NCBI GenBank assembly: GCA_030427125.1
Contig: JAUHXF010000003.1
Location: 1-63,038 of the forward strand
DNA: 63,038 nucleotides
Source of the DNA: a bacterium
Lineage (GTDB): Bacteria > Patescibacteriota > Saccharimonadia > Saccharimonadales > SZUA-47
Direction of reading: 5' to 3'
The position numbers and the translations under genes were made by a program. The notes below the pieces were generated by a model, which was given only the letters and a program-made list of their open reading frames with translations, was not told the origin of the DNA and did no database searches. Positions 36,001-43,990 of this stretch are shown here, piece by piece (positions within the stretch are counted from its first letter, which is position 1; each line of letters opens with the position of its first letter).

Positions 36001-36202
36001 TTCCGTTTAAATAATGAGCCCTTGTGAATCTAGCGGCAATAAGTGCGTCCAAAACACGCCTGTCAGAGCCAGCAGCACTCAGTAAATCTCTGAAGGTGTC
36101 TGCGTTGTCTTGTTCTGAGAACAATGTCATTACGCTCTGGTCTAACTGTGGATTGTGCTGCTGATCGAGAGCTATGCCCGCATTTTGCTCATTTTGAATC
36201 AT
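33071..36202 (-). CDS. Large orphan protein (1043 aa), predicted cytoplasmic, function unknown
   Basis: A single long frame with no signal peptide or TM segment. It is acidic and looks mostly helical. The C-terminal 110 aa or so look beta-rich (EKPLRSCQHYASGGFSEGLVGYFGPDVKIIAAFNESGNIVGRSIVRLMQDQNGDPVLYAEPTYI). I found no catalytic motif I recognise. It has its own consensus promoter. Confidence 0.7.
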   Translation of the reverse strand: MIQNEQNAGIALDQQHNPQLDQSVMTLFSEQDNADTFRDLLSAAGSDRRVLDALIAARFTRAHYLNGSVPQEFLDPEQDIDKELIRLVREVDTETIENENVKLAYGLLNASINMRESDQGGMRALAPPPARIPTSVLLSETLSVSSPDTSGAIMDQVKFGLKSESRNSKYTTSDVWEQQALILAALPEKIGFTPDSATRDIEILHHAIDVISAMDARINGTELEEPATCSPATKQDFEIFKNAYNQMFMQVAGEGFGLSEEAATVALNVFTPKPTSSASSVHSLFAYSGVKEQGIRRLMESFKSPLAKDLFEKQIVEVAPEKDGQKGSYDRLMDLEFREGLQRGVVEYISISSDPGATLEDIHDMFNDPLLSDYLSARRLAGHRGQAVEGIFGSFSVVSGRIEDGQFAFLKNRDHINEALSDPVVGGIIKRLEAMSQKDGSGDVEHVHRKSRLENLLGDLLVNKEALSIIQSYRESGVFDEMLSDYDNLSAFIVSNTGHMTDLFSGIEKTLGEYYKRIKNASTSEEVAHYSRNIADLFMTMRAFDFKESARQSYLGFISKTGLSAKEEQRSLRLFSNLASVIDDGEHIPDFNSADEIEVFIFERTLKSVGVEGNITLDQLNAIKEAFGGDIEPISTYVQRFCRDEEYSTVFKGMLESIVAGSFTEWKYGLIEEGGFEQMKAAGHIPVNISIDQYRAWMAGSVTSIESELQTSAEDVSAEIHRAVQLASADLSMIAPGFELTEEYAGMLQGARSALGQTIGVLHRFRGMKDGYTEEQLIDEISKKIEGGQHPFIDFVKHGITEAGAGIDVKIEIVEKFLAKADTLNNLIRIASLRPQEILEDSLLTEEGKRQKELSSVLSEIKSELPEEVAFIPDTVQRLIEGYKQMHAGRTKLEVMDTDSPKTTVEIGEKPLRSCQHYASGGFSEGLVGYFGPDVKIIAAFNESGNIVGRSIVRLMQDQNGDPVLYAEPTYISIPSSSLSGMMREHLEVMSERMGGVRYGGALGTNRGDSSNAEEVTVQSLKMPVAYSDGAYGLNRGTLTLTI

Positions 36203-36228
36203 TTTTTGTTTTCAATTTTACAGAGGTT

Positions 36229-36257
36229 ATTATAGCAAAAAATCGTGTTATTGTCAA
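36229..36257 (-). promoter_or_regulatory. Perfect consensus sigma70 promoter TTGACA-17-TATAAT driving the 1043-aa gene
   Basis: The minus strand reads TTGACA (36257..36252), a 17-nt spacer ATAACACGATTTTTTGC, and TATAAT (36234..36229). An A-rich 26-nt leader without a Shine-Dalgarno runs to ATG 36202. Confidence 0.6.
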
Positions 36258-36280
36258 TTCTTGCGCCGATAGCCTGAGTT

Positions 36281-36637
36281 TCAGCTTGCAGGCCCGTGCT
36301 GCTCAAGACGACAGCACTCTTCAATTAAAACTGCGCCACCGGCTTCAACTGCTTTTTGGGCAGAATCCATTGCTTCACCATACGCTTGCTCAATTGTCCG
36401 TTCGTCTAAACCCCGAGAGGTTTCTTCCTGTCTCCTAAATAAATCCACTAGCACTCTGGCACCGTAAGCCGCACGTGCACGAAATGGATCTACGACAGTA
36501 TCTTCTTCCCTCACACCGGGTGGGAATGGCTCGTATACAATCCGAGCACTTGCTTCCCCGCTTAATATGCGTTGTGCTTCTGTAGATTGCACGACCTGAA
36601 TAAATCTGCCCATAATTTGTGTTACACCCCAACGCAT
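36281..36637 (-). CDS. Small orphan protein (118 aa, or 110 aa from the second Met)
   Basis: An open frame with no recognisable motif and no TM segment. It sits immediately upstream of the 1043-aa gene, on the same strand, and is divergent from prmC with a 43-nt gap. Confidence 0.45.
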   Translation of the reverse strand: MRWGVTQIMGRFIQVVQSTEAQRILSGEASARIVYEPFPPGVREEDTVVDPFRARAAYGARVLVDLFRRQEETSRGLDERTIEQAYGEAMDSAQKAVEAGGAVLIEECCRLEQHGPAS

Positions 36638-36660
36638 AGCGAATGAGCCGTCAAGTCTAG

Positions 36661-36669
36661 TGATACAAT
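36661..36669 (+). promoter_or_regulatory. Candidate extended -10 promoter (TGATACAAT) for prmC, near-leaderless
   Basis: TGATACAAT ends 11 nt before ATG 36681, and there is no Shine-Dalgarno. Confidence 0.4.
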
Positions 36670-36680
36670 AAAGCTCAATT

Positions 36681-37490
36681 ATGAAAACCCGAGTTTGGCT
36701 TAAGCAAGCCGTGTTACAACTTCAAAACTCCGATATATCCACTGCTCAACTCGATGCAGAATTGCTTCTTGCGGACCGGCTCAAGAAGGACCGCTCTTGG
36801 CTGCACGCTCATCCAGATTTTGAACTGCAGAGATCGGACCTCCGCATATTGAATGAACAGATTACACGCCGCTCAAACCATGAGCCGATTGCGTATATTC
36901 GAGGAAAACAAGAATTCTTTGGACGTGAGTTTATAGTTTCACCTGCCACGCTCACGCCCCGCCCTGAGACAGAGACTATGGTTGAAATGGCTTTAAATTT
37001 ACTTAAAAAACACGCTATAAAATCAGTAGCTGACGTTGGTTCAGGTTCTGGCTGTATTAGCATTTCTTTGCAACTTGAATCGCAGACTTCAGCCAGTATT
37101 ACTGGTTATGAAATCTCACGGGAGGCCCTGGAGATTGCTCTAAAAAATGCAAAAAAACTAGGAAGCACAGTAGCGTTTCGTAAATCTGACATCACCGCTA
37201 CCAAAGAGGGGTGGTCTGAGTCAGAATTAATCCTTGCCAACCTTCCCTACGTGCCAACAGATTTCAAGATTAATAACGCAGCAACACATGAGCCGGACTT
37301 TGCTATATTTGGCGGCAAAGACGGTCTAGACTACTACAGAAAACTTTTTGAAAATCTCTCCAATCAAGTGCAATTTGTTCTTGCCGAGAGCCTCCCACCA
37401 CAACACAGCGGTCTGCAAAAAATTGCAGAGTCAAATGGCTTCAAACCCGTTGAAACCAACGACCTAATTCAGCTATTCGCGAAGAAATAA
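36681..37490 (+). CDS. prmC: Release factor glutamine N5-methyltransferase PrmC (HemK)
   Basis: SAM motif DVGSGSGCISISL and the catalytic NPPY-type motif ANLPYVP. The N-terminal helical domain begins AELLLADRL. Confidence 0.85.
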   Translation: MKTRVWLKQAVLQLQNSDISTAQLDAELLLADRLKKDRSWLHAHPDFELQRSDLRILNEQITRRSNHEPIAYIRGKQEFFGREFIVSPATLTPRPETETMVEMALNLLKKHAIKSVADVGSGSGCISISLQLESQTSASITGYEISREALEIALKNAKKLGSTVAFRKSDITATKEGWSESELILANLPYVPTDFKINNAATHEPDFAIFGGKDGLDYYRKLFENLSNQVQFVLAESLPPQHSGLQKIAESNGFKPVETNDLIQLFAKK

Positions 37491-37491
37491 T

Positions 37492-38667
37492 TTATTGTTC
37501 CGGTGCCGGTTCGAGCGTCACCTGAAGCGTTAATTCTTCATCCCCACGAACCACTTTGATATCAACGGTATCATCAACTTGCTGACGACCCAGTACGCTT
37601 ACGAGACTGTTATCTTCATTTAATTTTTGACCGTTTATCTCGATAATAACGTCTTCTTCTTGCAGGCCTGCTTGATCTGCTGGACTACCTTCTAGTATCG
37701 ACGGACGATTTACTGTACCTTCAGGAATATATGCACCCTCGTTAACGCTAAGCTCTAATTCATCCGCTATTTCTTCATCGAGCGGTATATATCTAACCCC
37801 TAAATAAGGCCGCTCAAGTTTACCGCGCTCAAGCACAACATCTATAAGCCCTTTTACGTCATTTATTGGAATAGCAAAACTAATGTTTTCTGCTGAAGCG
37901 GTCGCGACATTGATACCGATAACCTCACTTGCGGAGTTCACAAGTGGACCGCCTGAATTTCCGGAATTAATTGCAGCATCGGTTTGGAACAAATTCTGCA
38001 GTGTCTCGACGCCGCCGCCATCAAATGCCTCTATATCGCGACCGAAACCAGATATAATGCCGCTTGTCACTGTGTTCTGAAACTGACCGAGTGCATTTCC
38101 GATTGCCACTGCCCTATCGCCTATTTGCACTGCATCAGAATCGCCAAGGTTTGCCGGCTTTAAGTCAACACCAGAGATGTCTGTTATCTTTAAGAACCCT
38201 ATGTCCAACGGATCACTATCGTTTGTTCTGCCAACAACCTCGGCAGCTAGCTCCTCACCGTTAGCAAGCGTTACTGTAACTTCAGATGTCTCACTTGGTA
38301 TAACATGACGGTTCGTAATGATTAATCCATCCGAGGAAATAATAACGCCAGTACCTGCGGACTGCGACTCGAACTCACGCCCAAAACCAAAGAAATCTTG
38401 AGTGACACCACTGCTTGTGACGTTAACCGAGACAACGCTTGGGCTCACGTCCTCAGCAATAGTGTTTATGAGGTTGCCCTCACTTTCCACAATTTCGCGG
38501 GTGACTTTCGTTTCGTTCACATTCACTTGACTCTGAGAACCGAACCACCCGCCGAAAAATCCAGCAACTATTGCTACGAGCACGAGCAATACTGTTTTGG
38601 AGTTCTGAGTGCTGTCCTGTTTCTTTTGTGAAGTAGATTTATTTGGCTTCTTTGTTGACTCTGGCAT
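37492..38667 (-). CDS. htrA: HtrA/DegP family serine protease (S1C) with one PDZ domain, membrane-anchored
   Basis: Catalytic-triad context: ITNRHV, the Asp segment DIGFLKI, and GNSGGPLV. The C-terminal PDZ has GSPADQAGLQEEDVIIEING. Confidence 0.85.
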   Translation of the reverse strand: MPESTKKPNKSTSQKKQDSTQNSKTVLLVLVAIVAGFFGGWFGSQSQVNVNETKVTREIVESEGNLINTIAEDVSPSVVSVNVTSSGVTQDFFGFGREFESQSAGTGVIISSDGLIITNRHVIPSETSEVTVTLANGEELAAEVVGRTNDSDPLDIGFLKITDISGVDLKPANLGDSDAVQIGDRAVAIGNALGQFQNTVTSGIISGFGRDIEAFDGGGVETLQNLFQTDAAINSGNSGGPLVNSASEVIGINVATASAENISFAIPINDVKGLIDVVLERGKLERPYLGVRYIPLDEEIADELELSVNEGAYIPEGTVNRPSILEGSPADQAGLQEEDVIIEINGQKLNEDNSLVSVLGRQQVDDTVDIKVVRGDEELTLQVTLEPAPEQ

Positions 38668-38676
38668 GATACCCTC

Positions 38677-39438
38677 CTAGATAATCTCACCACTCCAGTC
38701 CGAGAAAATGAGAATGAACAATACTATTGTGACAGCAAGCCCTACAAACTGCGTAATATAGGACCGCTTTAGCCGATCCTTATGCTCAAGATAATAGATA
38801 GCTGCTAGACAATAGCCTATCACGGTGATTATGAGAGCCGGCTGAGAAATCGGACCATAATACAGTAACCATTTTGAGCTGACCCAAGTAAGAGATGCGC
38901 AGAAGAACGCCCATACATATGCCGTCGAACGTGCCATAGCTTCATCAAATGCGGCAAGAAAATGCCTTGCTGATAAATAGGTAATTGCAGCCGAGCCAAC
39001 AACTAGCAGCGTCTCATCAGCTTCGTTGCCGATCATGAACATAGCAACGAGTGCGATTGTTTGAGCCACCATAGCCTGAATACCAATCCACAAAACGGAA
39101 TTGCGTGGTTTTATAAATAACAACCACAGTGAATATGACGCCGCCCAAGCTATTTGAATAAGCTGACTGCTATCTGCAAGCGACATGAATGCAACCACCG
39201 AAAAACCAACCATAAGATCCACCGCATTTGCCCGTATGCTTGCTGGCCAGTGTCGCATACGCAGTGCAAACATTCGCCATTTACTGAGTAATACAACAAG
39301 GAAAGCAACCGCGACAAACTCTAAACGAACAAGAGCGAAAAGAAGTAATGGCAAAACGGCAACAAAAAGAATATGTAATGCCGCACCATAGCCTTTAGTA
39401 GGTTTAATTTGTGGTCGCTTTAACAGCTTCATCTTCAC
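38677..39438 (-). CDS. Hypothetical polytopic membrane protein
   Basis: About 7 hydrophobic helices and no motif I recognise. It overlaps the 3' end of the LCP gene by 35 nt. Confidence 0.5.
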   Translation of the reverse strand: MKMKLLKRPQIKPTKGYGAALHILFVAVLPLLLFALVRLEFVAVAFLVVLLSKWRMFALRMRHWPASIRANAVDLMVGFSVVAFMSLADSSQLIQIAWAASYSLWLLFIKPRNSVLWIGIQAMVAQTIALVAMFMIGNEADETLLVVGSAAITYLSARHFLAAFDEAMARSTAYVWAFFCASLTWVSSKWLLYYGPISQPALIITVIGYCLAAIYYLEHKDRLKRSYITQFVGLAVTIVLFILIFSDWSGEII

Positions 39439-41086
39439 CGAGTATTATAACAAAGTCTGCCGTCTCAGCCGTAGGAAGGCCGTCGATATTGTTATTGTTA
39501 ACCTGCAGATTTATCCTTCGCTCTAGATAACTCTGCGTGAACGGCTTATCTTCAGTGCCGACTCGGTACAACGACGACGTCTCATAAGTTCCTGCAGGCG
39601 CATCTCCGATTGAGACAATATTATAGCCATATGACTTCAACTCTTCCTCTTTTAAGCTTGCGAGTCCTGGTGTGCTGGTACCATTTAGAATGATTATCCG
39701 TGCGTTCTCTTGTTTTAGATACGGATCGCGCAATGTATTTCGAATATAATCTTGAATAGCGTCATACTGATATTGACCTTCGAGGGGCAGTACGACTGAT
39801 TGATTCCCGATATAGTCTGTTCCCACTAGAACATTCGGTGGATCAGCCAAACCAACTGAGACTATCTTGTCTTGGCTTATTTCCTGACCTATGTCGTAGA
39901 GTCGTTTTACTTCACCGAGGCCGTTTAAATCGGTTCGCACATTACTGCCGAATGTCTCGAGGAGCTCTATGACTTTGAGCGGATTAGAGAATGTACCTAG
40001 ACTCAGCACTTTTTGCTGCAAAGCAACAATTATTTCACGCTGTCGCTCAGTACGGTCAAAATCACCTCGAGCGCTCCCCTTCCTGGATCGTGCATAGAGC
40101 AGTGCCCGCTCACCATCAAACGTCTGTAGTCCTTCGTCTGCTACAAGCGGATTACCACCGAGTAGCCATGCAACGGACTGATCATACAACGGCTCTTGCA
40201 CATCCACCGTGATACCGTCTACGGTATCTATCGCCTGTTCAAATGCGTCGAAATTAACCATCACATAATAGTGCACCGGAATGCCAATAACATCACTGAC
40301 TGTCTTCTTTATCGCTCGCAATCCAGCATTTTCAATCTGATCGTCGTCTGTCGTGCCGCTGTATTGAGCAAACTGTTTTGCATTTGAATATACAGCGTTA
40401 ATCTTCGTTCCATTTCCATTTTGATCCTGCACATACAAGTCACGTGGGATACTTAATAGTGCAGCTTCATTCTGTACAGGATCGATACTAGCAAGCAGAA
40501 TTGTATCCGTTAAATCAGGAGCCTCATGCCCCGGCCCACCCTTGCCGAGCAACAGAATATTTACCCGCCCGTCACCTTCTCCATTGAGCTGTGCGGGGTC
40601 AATGTTGTCTTGAAGCGCTATAGCGCCCTCACCATTACCATTGAAGATATTGTTTGCTTTCAGAAATCCATATACAAACAATGACCCAACGCCAAACAAT
40701 AGCGCAGCCATCATAATACCGAAGCTACGAGCAATGCGCTTTTTCTTGCTCAACGGCTTCCGATTTCGCTTGAATAGGTTTTTTAAAGATCGCTTTTTCT
40801 TGGGCTCGTCAACGACATCTTCAAACGAACCAACCGTAGACATGTCAATTTCTTCAATATTTTGTGCAGTCGCCTGAACAAATCCTTCTTCGTTGTCTTT
40901 CACTTTGTCTATTCGTGGCGTCGTGAATCGCTTTTCTATTGCGGGACTATAGTTTTTACGAAATTGCTTACGTACATCTTTCTTCAGTGTGTCTTCTGCT
41001 GGTGTTGAGAACGTAATAAAGCCATCACCATTATCAATAGGTTTTTTCTTGAGCGACTTCTTATTTGGCTTCTTAAAATTGTCCAT
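39404..41086 (-). CDS. LytR-CpsA-Psr (LCP) family cell-wall glycopolymer ligase with a LytR_C-like C-terminal domain
   Basis: NILLLGKGGPGHEAPDLTDTILLASIDPVQNEAALLSIPRDLYV, plus a later arginine-containing segment (YARSRKGSARGDFDRTERQ). C-terminal RIIILNGTSTPGLA. I moved the start to ATG 41086 (MDNFKKPNKK). Confidence 0.8.
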   Translation of the reverse strand: MDNFKKPNKKSLKKKPIDNGDGFITFSTPAEDTLKKDVRKQFRKNYSPAIEKRFTTPRIDKVKDNEEGFVQATAQNIEEIDMSTVGSFEDVVDEPKKKRSLKNLFKRNRKPLSKKKRIARSFGIMMAALLFGVGSLFVYGFLKANNIFNGNGEGAIALQDNIDPAQLNGEGDGRVNILLLGKGGPGHEAPDLTDTILLASIDPVQNEAALLSIPRDLYVQDQNGNGTKINAVYSNAKQFAQYSGTTDDDQIENAGLRAIKKTVSDVIGIPVHYYVMVNFDAFEQAIDTVDGITVDVQEPLYDQSVAWLLGGNPLVADEGLQTFDGERALLYARSRKGSARGDFDRTERQREIIVALQQKVLSLGTFSNPLKVIELLETFGSNVRTDLNGLGEVKRLYDIGQEISQDKIVSVGLADPPNVLVGTDYIGNQSVVLPLEGQYQYDAIQDYIRNTLRDPYLKQENARIIILNGTSTPGLASLKEEELKSYGYNIVSIGDAPAGTYETSSLYRVGTEDKPFTQSYLERRINLQVNNNNIDGLPTAETADFVIILGEDEAVKATTN

Positions 41087-41161
41087 ACGTAAGAATCCAT
41101 TATAGCCCCTGCCTCCTGATAAAGTAAACAAAAACGTAAGCAAAAACCTCTTAGCATGCTG

Positions 41162-41167
41162 TATAGT
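41162..41167 (+). promoter_or_regulatory. Candidate -10 box (TATAGT) placed 7 nt before the lepB GTG start (leaderless geometry)
   Basis: The sequence reads TATAGT-C-TATAGT-GTG. The first hexamer ends 7 nt upstream of GTG 41175. Confidence 0.35.
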
Positions 41168-41174
41168 CTATAGT

Positions 41175-41789
41175 GTGAAATTTTTAAAACGAGATACAAC
41201 TGCCCAGACTGATACGCAAAAAGGCTGGAAGAGCATATCAAGCACCGCGCTATTGATAATTTCAGCTCCGATCCTTGCGTTATTCCTTACTGCTCACGTC
41301 TTCCAATCATACGAAGTTGATGGGCTTAGCATGGAAACTACGCTGCAAAACGGAGATAGGCTCATTGTCAACAAGCTACCGAAAACTATCTCTAATATTT
41401 CTGGTAGCGAATATATGCCGAATAGATGGGATATTGTTGTATTCGACAGACCAACATCTTCAGCAATCAGTGGTCGTGTAGGACACCTCATTAAGCGCGT
41501 AATTGCGCTACCCGGCGAACGAGTAACCGTTCGAGATGGCATTGTCACTATATATAACCAAGAAAATCCTGAAGGCTTCAACCCAGATGCAAATCAAGAA
41601 TATAGTGAGTCGTTTAATGTAACCGAAGGTCAAGTGGACATTACGGTTGGGAGCGGCGAGATATTTGTCCTTGGAGACAATCGTTCAAACTCAACGGACT
41701 CGAGACGATTTGGCTCCATTAACACCAACATAGTCGTTGGTACAGCCGAGCTCCGATTTACTCCTATTAATAATATGCGTACGTTTTAG
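41175..41789 (+). CDS. lepB: Signal peptidase I
   Basis: VDGLSMETTLQNGDRLIV (Ser box), LIKRVIALPGERV (Lys box), and VLGDNRSNSTDSRRFG. Confidence 0.85.
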   Translation: MKFLKRDTTAQTDTQKGWKSISSTALLIISAPILALFLTAHVFQSYEVDGLSMETTLQNGDRLIVNKLPKTISNISGSEYMPNRWDIVVFDRPTSSAISGRVGHLIKRVIALPGERVTVRDGIVTIYNQENPEGFNPDANQEYSESFNVTEGQVDITVGSGEIFVLGDNRSNSTDSRRFGSINTNIVVGTAELRFTPINNMRTF

Positions 41790-41797
41790 AGTATTCC

Positions 41798-42646
41798 CTA
41801 ACCCTTTGCAAGTAACTCTAGAAGTTTATCTAACTGAGCCGTATCTTTATAGCTCAATGTCAACACACCGCCTTTTTTCTTCTGCTTGATTGAAGCTTTA
41901 ACCTGCTGTGCAGCTTCAACCTTCGCAATAGCATTGTCGTGCTTTTTATCATTATTGTTTGAGGTAGTTTTTTTCTTAAATTGCTTTACAAAATCTTCCG
42001 CTTCACGAACTGATAATTTTTGAGCAATTATTTTATTCATTAATTCTTTTTGAGCGACTTCATCTGTTTTTAGCGCCAAAATTGCACGTGCATGTCCTTC
42101 AGATATTGAACCATTTTGTAGTGCGGCTACAGCTTCTTTTGGTAAATGTAACAATCGAGTAATGTTGCTAATGGTCGTTTCGGCCTTGCCTAACTTTTGA
42201 GATATTTGCTTTGGTGTCAGGCTAAATTGATCTCGAAGCTTCACGATTGAAACCGCTGTTTCTAGTGGCGACAGATCCACACGCTGTACATTTTCAACTA
42301 GGGCAACTTCCAGCTCCTCAAGCTCTTTATGGTTTCGTATAATACATGGGACAATCTTCAGTCCAGCAATCTTTGAAGCGCGAAAACGACGCTCACCCGC
42401 AACAATTCTATAGTTTTCACCAGACGGCGTCACAACTAGCGGCTGAATGATGCCGTGCTGCTTGATTGACTGTGCTAGCTCTTGGAGTGCATCTTCATCA
42501 AATGATTTCCTTGGCTGTTCAGGATTAGGCTGAAGCAACTCTATACGTATCTGTTTAACATTTTCACCCGGCTCAGCAACAGTGTTCACATCAAATCCAG
42601 TTGGTATCAACCCGTCAAAACCCTTACCTAATGCTTGTTTACTCAT
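41798..42646 (-). CDS. parB: Chromosome partitioning protein ParB
   Basis: QPNPEQPRKSFDEDALQELAQSIKQHGIIQPLVV and VAGERRFRAS, plus an HTH segment LTPKQISQKLGKAETTISN. Confidence 0.9.
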   Translation of the reverse strand: MSKQALGKGFDGLIPTGFDVNTVAEPGENVKQIRIELLQPNPEQPRKSFDEDALQELAQSIKQHGIIQPLVVTPSGENYRIVAGERRFRASKIAGLKIVPCIIRNHKELEELEVALVENVQRVDLSPLETAVSIVKLRDQFSLTPKQISQKLGKAETTISNITRLLHLPKEAVAALQNGSISEGHARAILALKTDEVAQKELMNKIIAQKLSVREAEDFVKQFKKKTTSNNNDKKHDNAIAKVEAAQQVKASIKQKKKGGVLTLSYKDTAQLDKLLELLAKG

Positions 42647-43395
42647 CTAGATTCTATCTCTTTCACCACCTGCTTATATGCTTTAGCGCCTTTTGACCAT
42701 TTATCGTGTTCAAATATGGTCTTTCCGAAACTCGGAGACTCAGCGAGTCGAACATTTCTGGGGATATACGTCTTAAACACATAGTCGCCAAAATGTTTTT
42801 TCACTTCATCAATTACCTGACCCGATAGCACGTTTCGAGTGTCTACCATGGTCATCAATACGCCTTCGAGTTTTAAGCTTGGATTCAAGCCAGCTTGTAC
42901 TCGTTGCACCGTTTGCATTAATAACCCAAGCCCTTCTAGCGCAAAGAACTCAGTTTGTACGGGTATTAACACGCTGTCCGCTGCCACTAACGCATTAATA
43001 CTCAAAAGCCCCAATGATGGTGGACAATCAATAAGTATATAGTCGTATGGCACAGAGGTAATTGTTTGTTTTAAAACAGATTCTCTGTTTGCAACTGCTA
43101 CAAGCTCTTGTTCGGCTGCGGCTAGTTCGGTTGTTGCTGGTGCAACATGTATATTATCTATATTTGTTGCTACAAGAATTTGCGATAATTGCACAGATCC
43201 AGACAAGACTGAATAGATTGATGACTGTAACGCATTTTTATCAATACCGAAGCCGCTTGTCGCGTTTGCCTGCGGATCAAGATCCACCACTAAAACTGAT
43301 CGTCCTTTTTTAGCAAGTCCAGCTGCAATATTAATAGTGCTAGTAGTCTTACCTACACCGCCCTTCTGGTTTAATACCGCAATTACTTTCCCCAT
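42643..43395 (-). CDS. parA: Chromosome partitioning ATPase ParA/Soj
   Basis: Deviant Walker A NQKGGVGKTT and Walker B ILIDCPPSLG. It overlaps parB by 4 nt. Confidence 0.9.
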   Translation of the reverse strand: MGKVIAVLNQKGGVGKTTSTINIAAGLAKKGRSVLVVDLDPQANATSGFGIDKNALQSSIYSVLSGSVQLSQILVATNIDNIHVAPATTELAAAEQELVAVANRESVLKQTITSVPYDYILIDCPPSLGLLSINALVAADSVLIPVQTEFFALEGLGLLMQTVQRVQAGLNPSLKLEGVLMTMVDTRNVLSGQVIDEVKKHFGDYVFKTYIPRNVRLAESPSFGKTIFEHDKWSKGAKAYKQVVKEIESR

Positions 43396-43426
43396 TAGAT
43401 TTATTGTAGCACCGTTTTACGCTAGA

Positions 43427-43930
43427 CTACTCTTCTTCTGGGGCTGGTTCTGATTCTTCTGCTGACCCACCCGCTGCTTCTGATTGAGCCCCTGCACTGA
43501 TTGGTCCGACTTTTACGAGCTGCTTTGTACTTGGTCGATAGAGCACAGCTTGCGAACTATCATTCAGCACTACGAGTATGTCGCCGTTTTCTGCGCCTTC
43601 AAAGAATGGTTGATCTGTAAGCTTTGTAACATCTTCAACAGTCGCAATTGTCGGTGTTTCTCCCTCTGGAATTGCATACACCTGTCGAATCTCATCCAGT
43701 ATGGTTGCGTTCTGTTCCTGCTGCAACCGAGAAACCGCATCATTTGGGTTGCTCACGATATCCCGTTTCAAAGCATCAAGTTCTGCATTCTTTTCATCGA
43801 GTGATGTTTGTAGTGATGATATCTCATTTCGTTGATCGATAATTGTCCAGACACCAAACCCAACTGCACCAACAGCAAGAACTGCCACTGATACAAATAT
43901 AATAGCTTTACGTTTTTGTTTGCTTTTCAT
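43427..43930 (-). CDS. Hypothetical membrane-anchored protein with a short coiled coil and an acidic tail
   Basis: N-terminal TM (AIIFVSVAVLAVGAVGFGVW). GGAGGG Shine-Dalgarno 5 nt upstream of the ATG. No motif I recognise. Confidence 0.5.
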   Translation of the reverse strand: MKSKQKRKAIIFVSVAVLAVGAVGFGVWTIIDQRNEISSLQTSLDEKNAELDALKRDIVSNPNDAVSRLQQEQNATILDEIRQVYAIPEGETPTIATVEDVTKLTDQPFFEGAENGDILVVLNDSSQAVLYRPSTKQLVKVGPISAGAQSEAAGGSAEESEPAPEEE

Positions 43931-43990
43931 GTCGCCCTCCAGTTGAAGTTATACCTTATGCTTACCTAAGAGTATATCATTTAATGCACG

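Noticed and set aside
36435-36632. An alternative 65-aa minus-strand ORF overlapping the 118-aa orphan in another frame.
   Set aside because: It is shorter, Cys/Arg-rich and fully nested within the longer frame. Nothing favours it.
36281-36637. Apparent GC enrichment of the small orphan gene as evidence of horizontal transfer.
   Set aside because: My hand count gives about 50% G+C for this gene (177 of 357). Spot counts of neighbours ranged from about 39% (a frr segment) to about 48% (the start of prmC), so the difference is not decisive. It needs a proper windowed computation.
41798-43426. A parS site (TGTTTCACGTGAAACA-like) in or near parAB.
   Set aside because: By eye I found only half-site-like fragments, such as TGTTTCAC at about 22249 and TTCACGTGA at about 10881. 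There is no palindromic 16-mer. A pattern search allowing 2-3 mismatches is needed to settle this.
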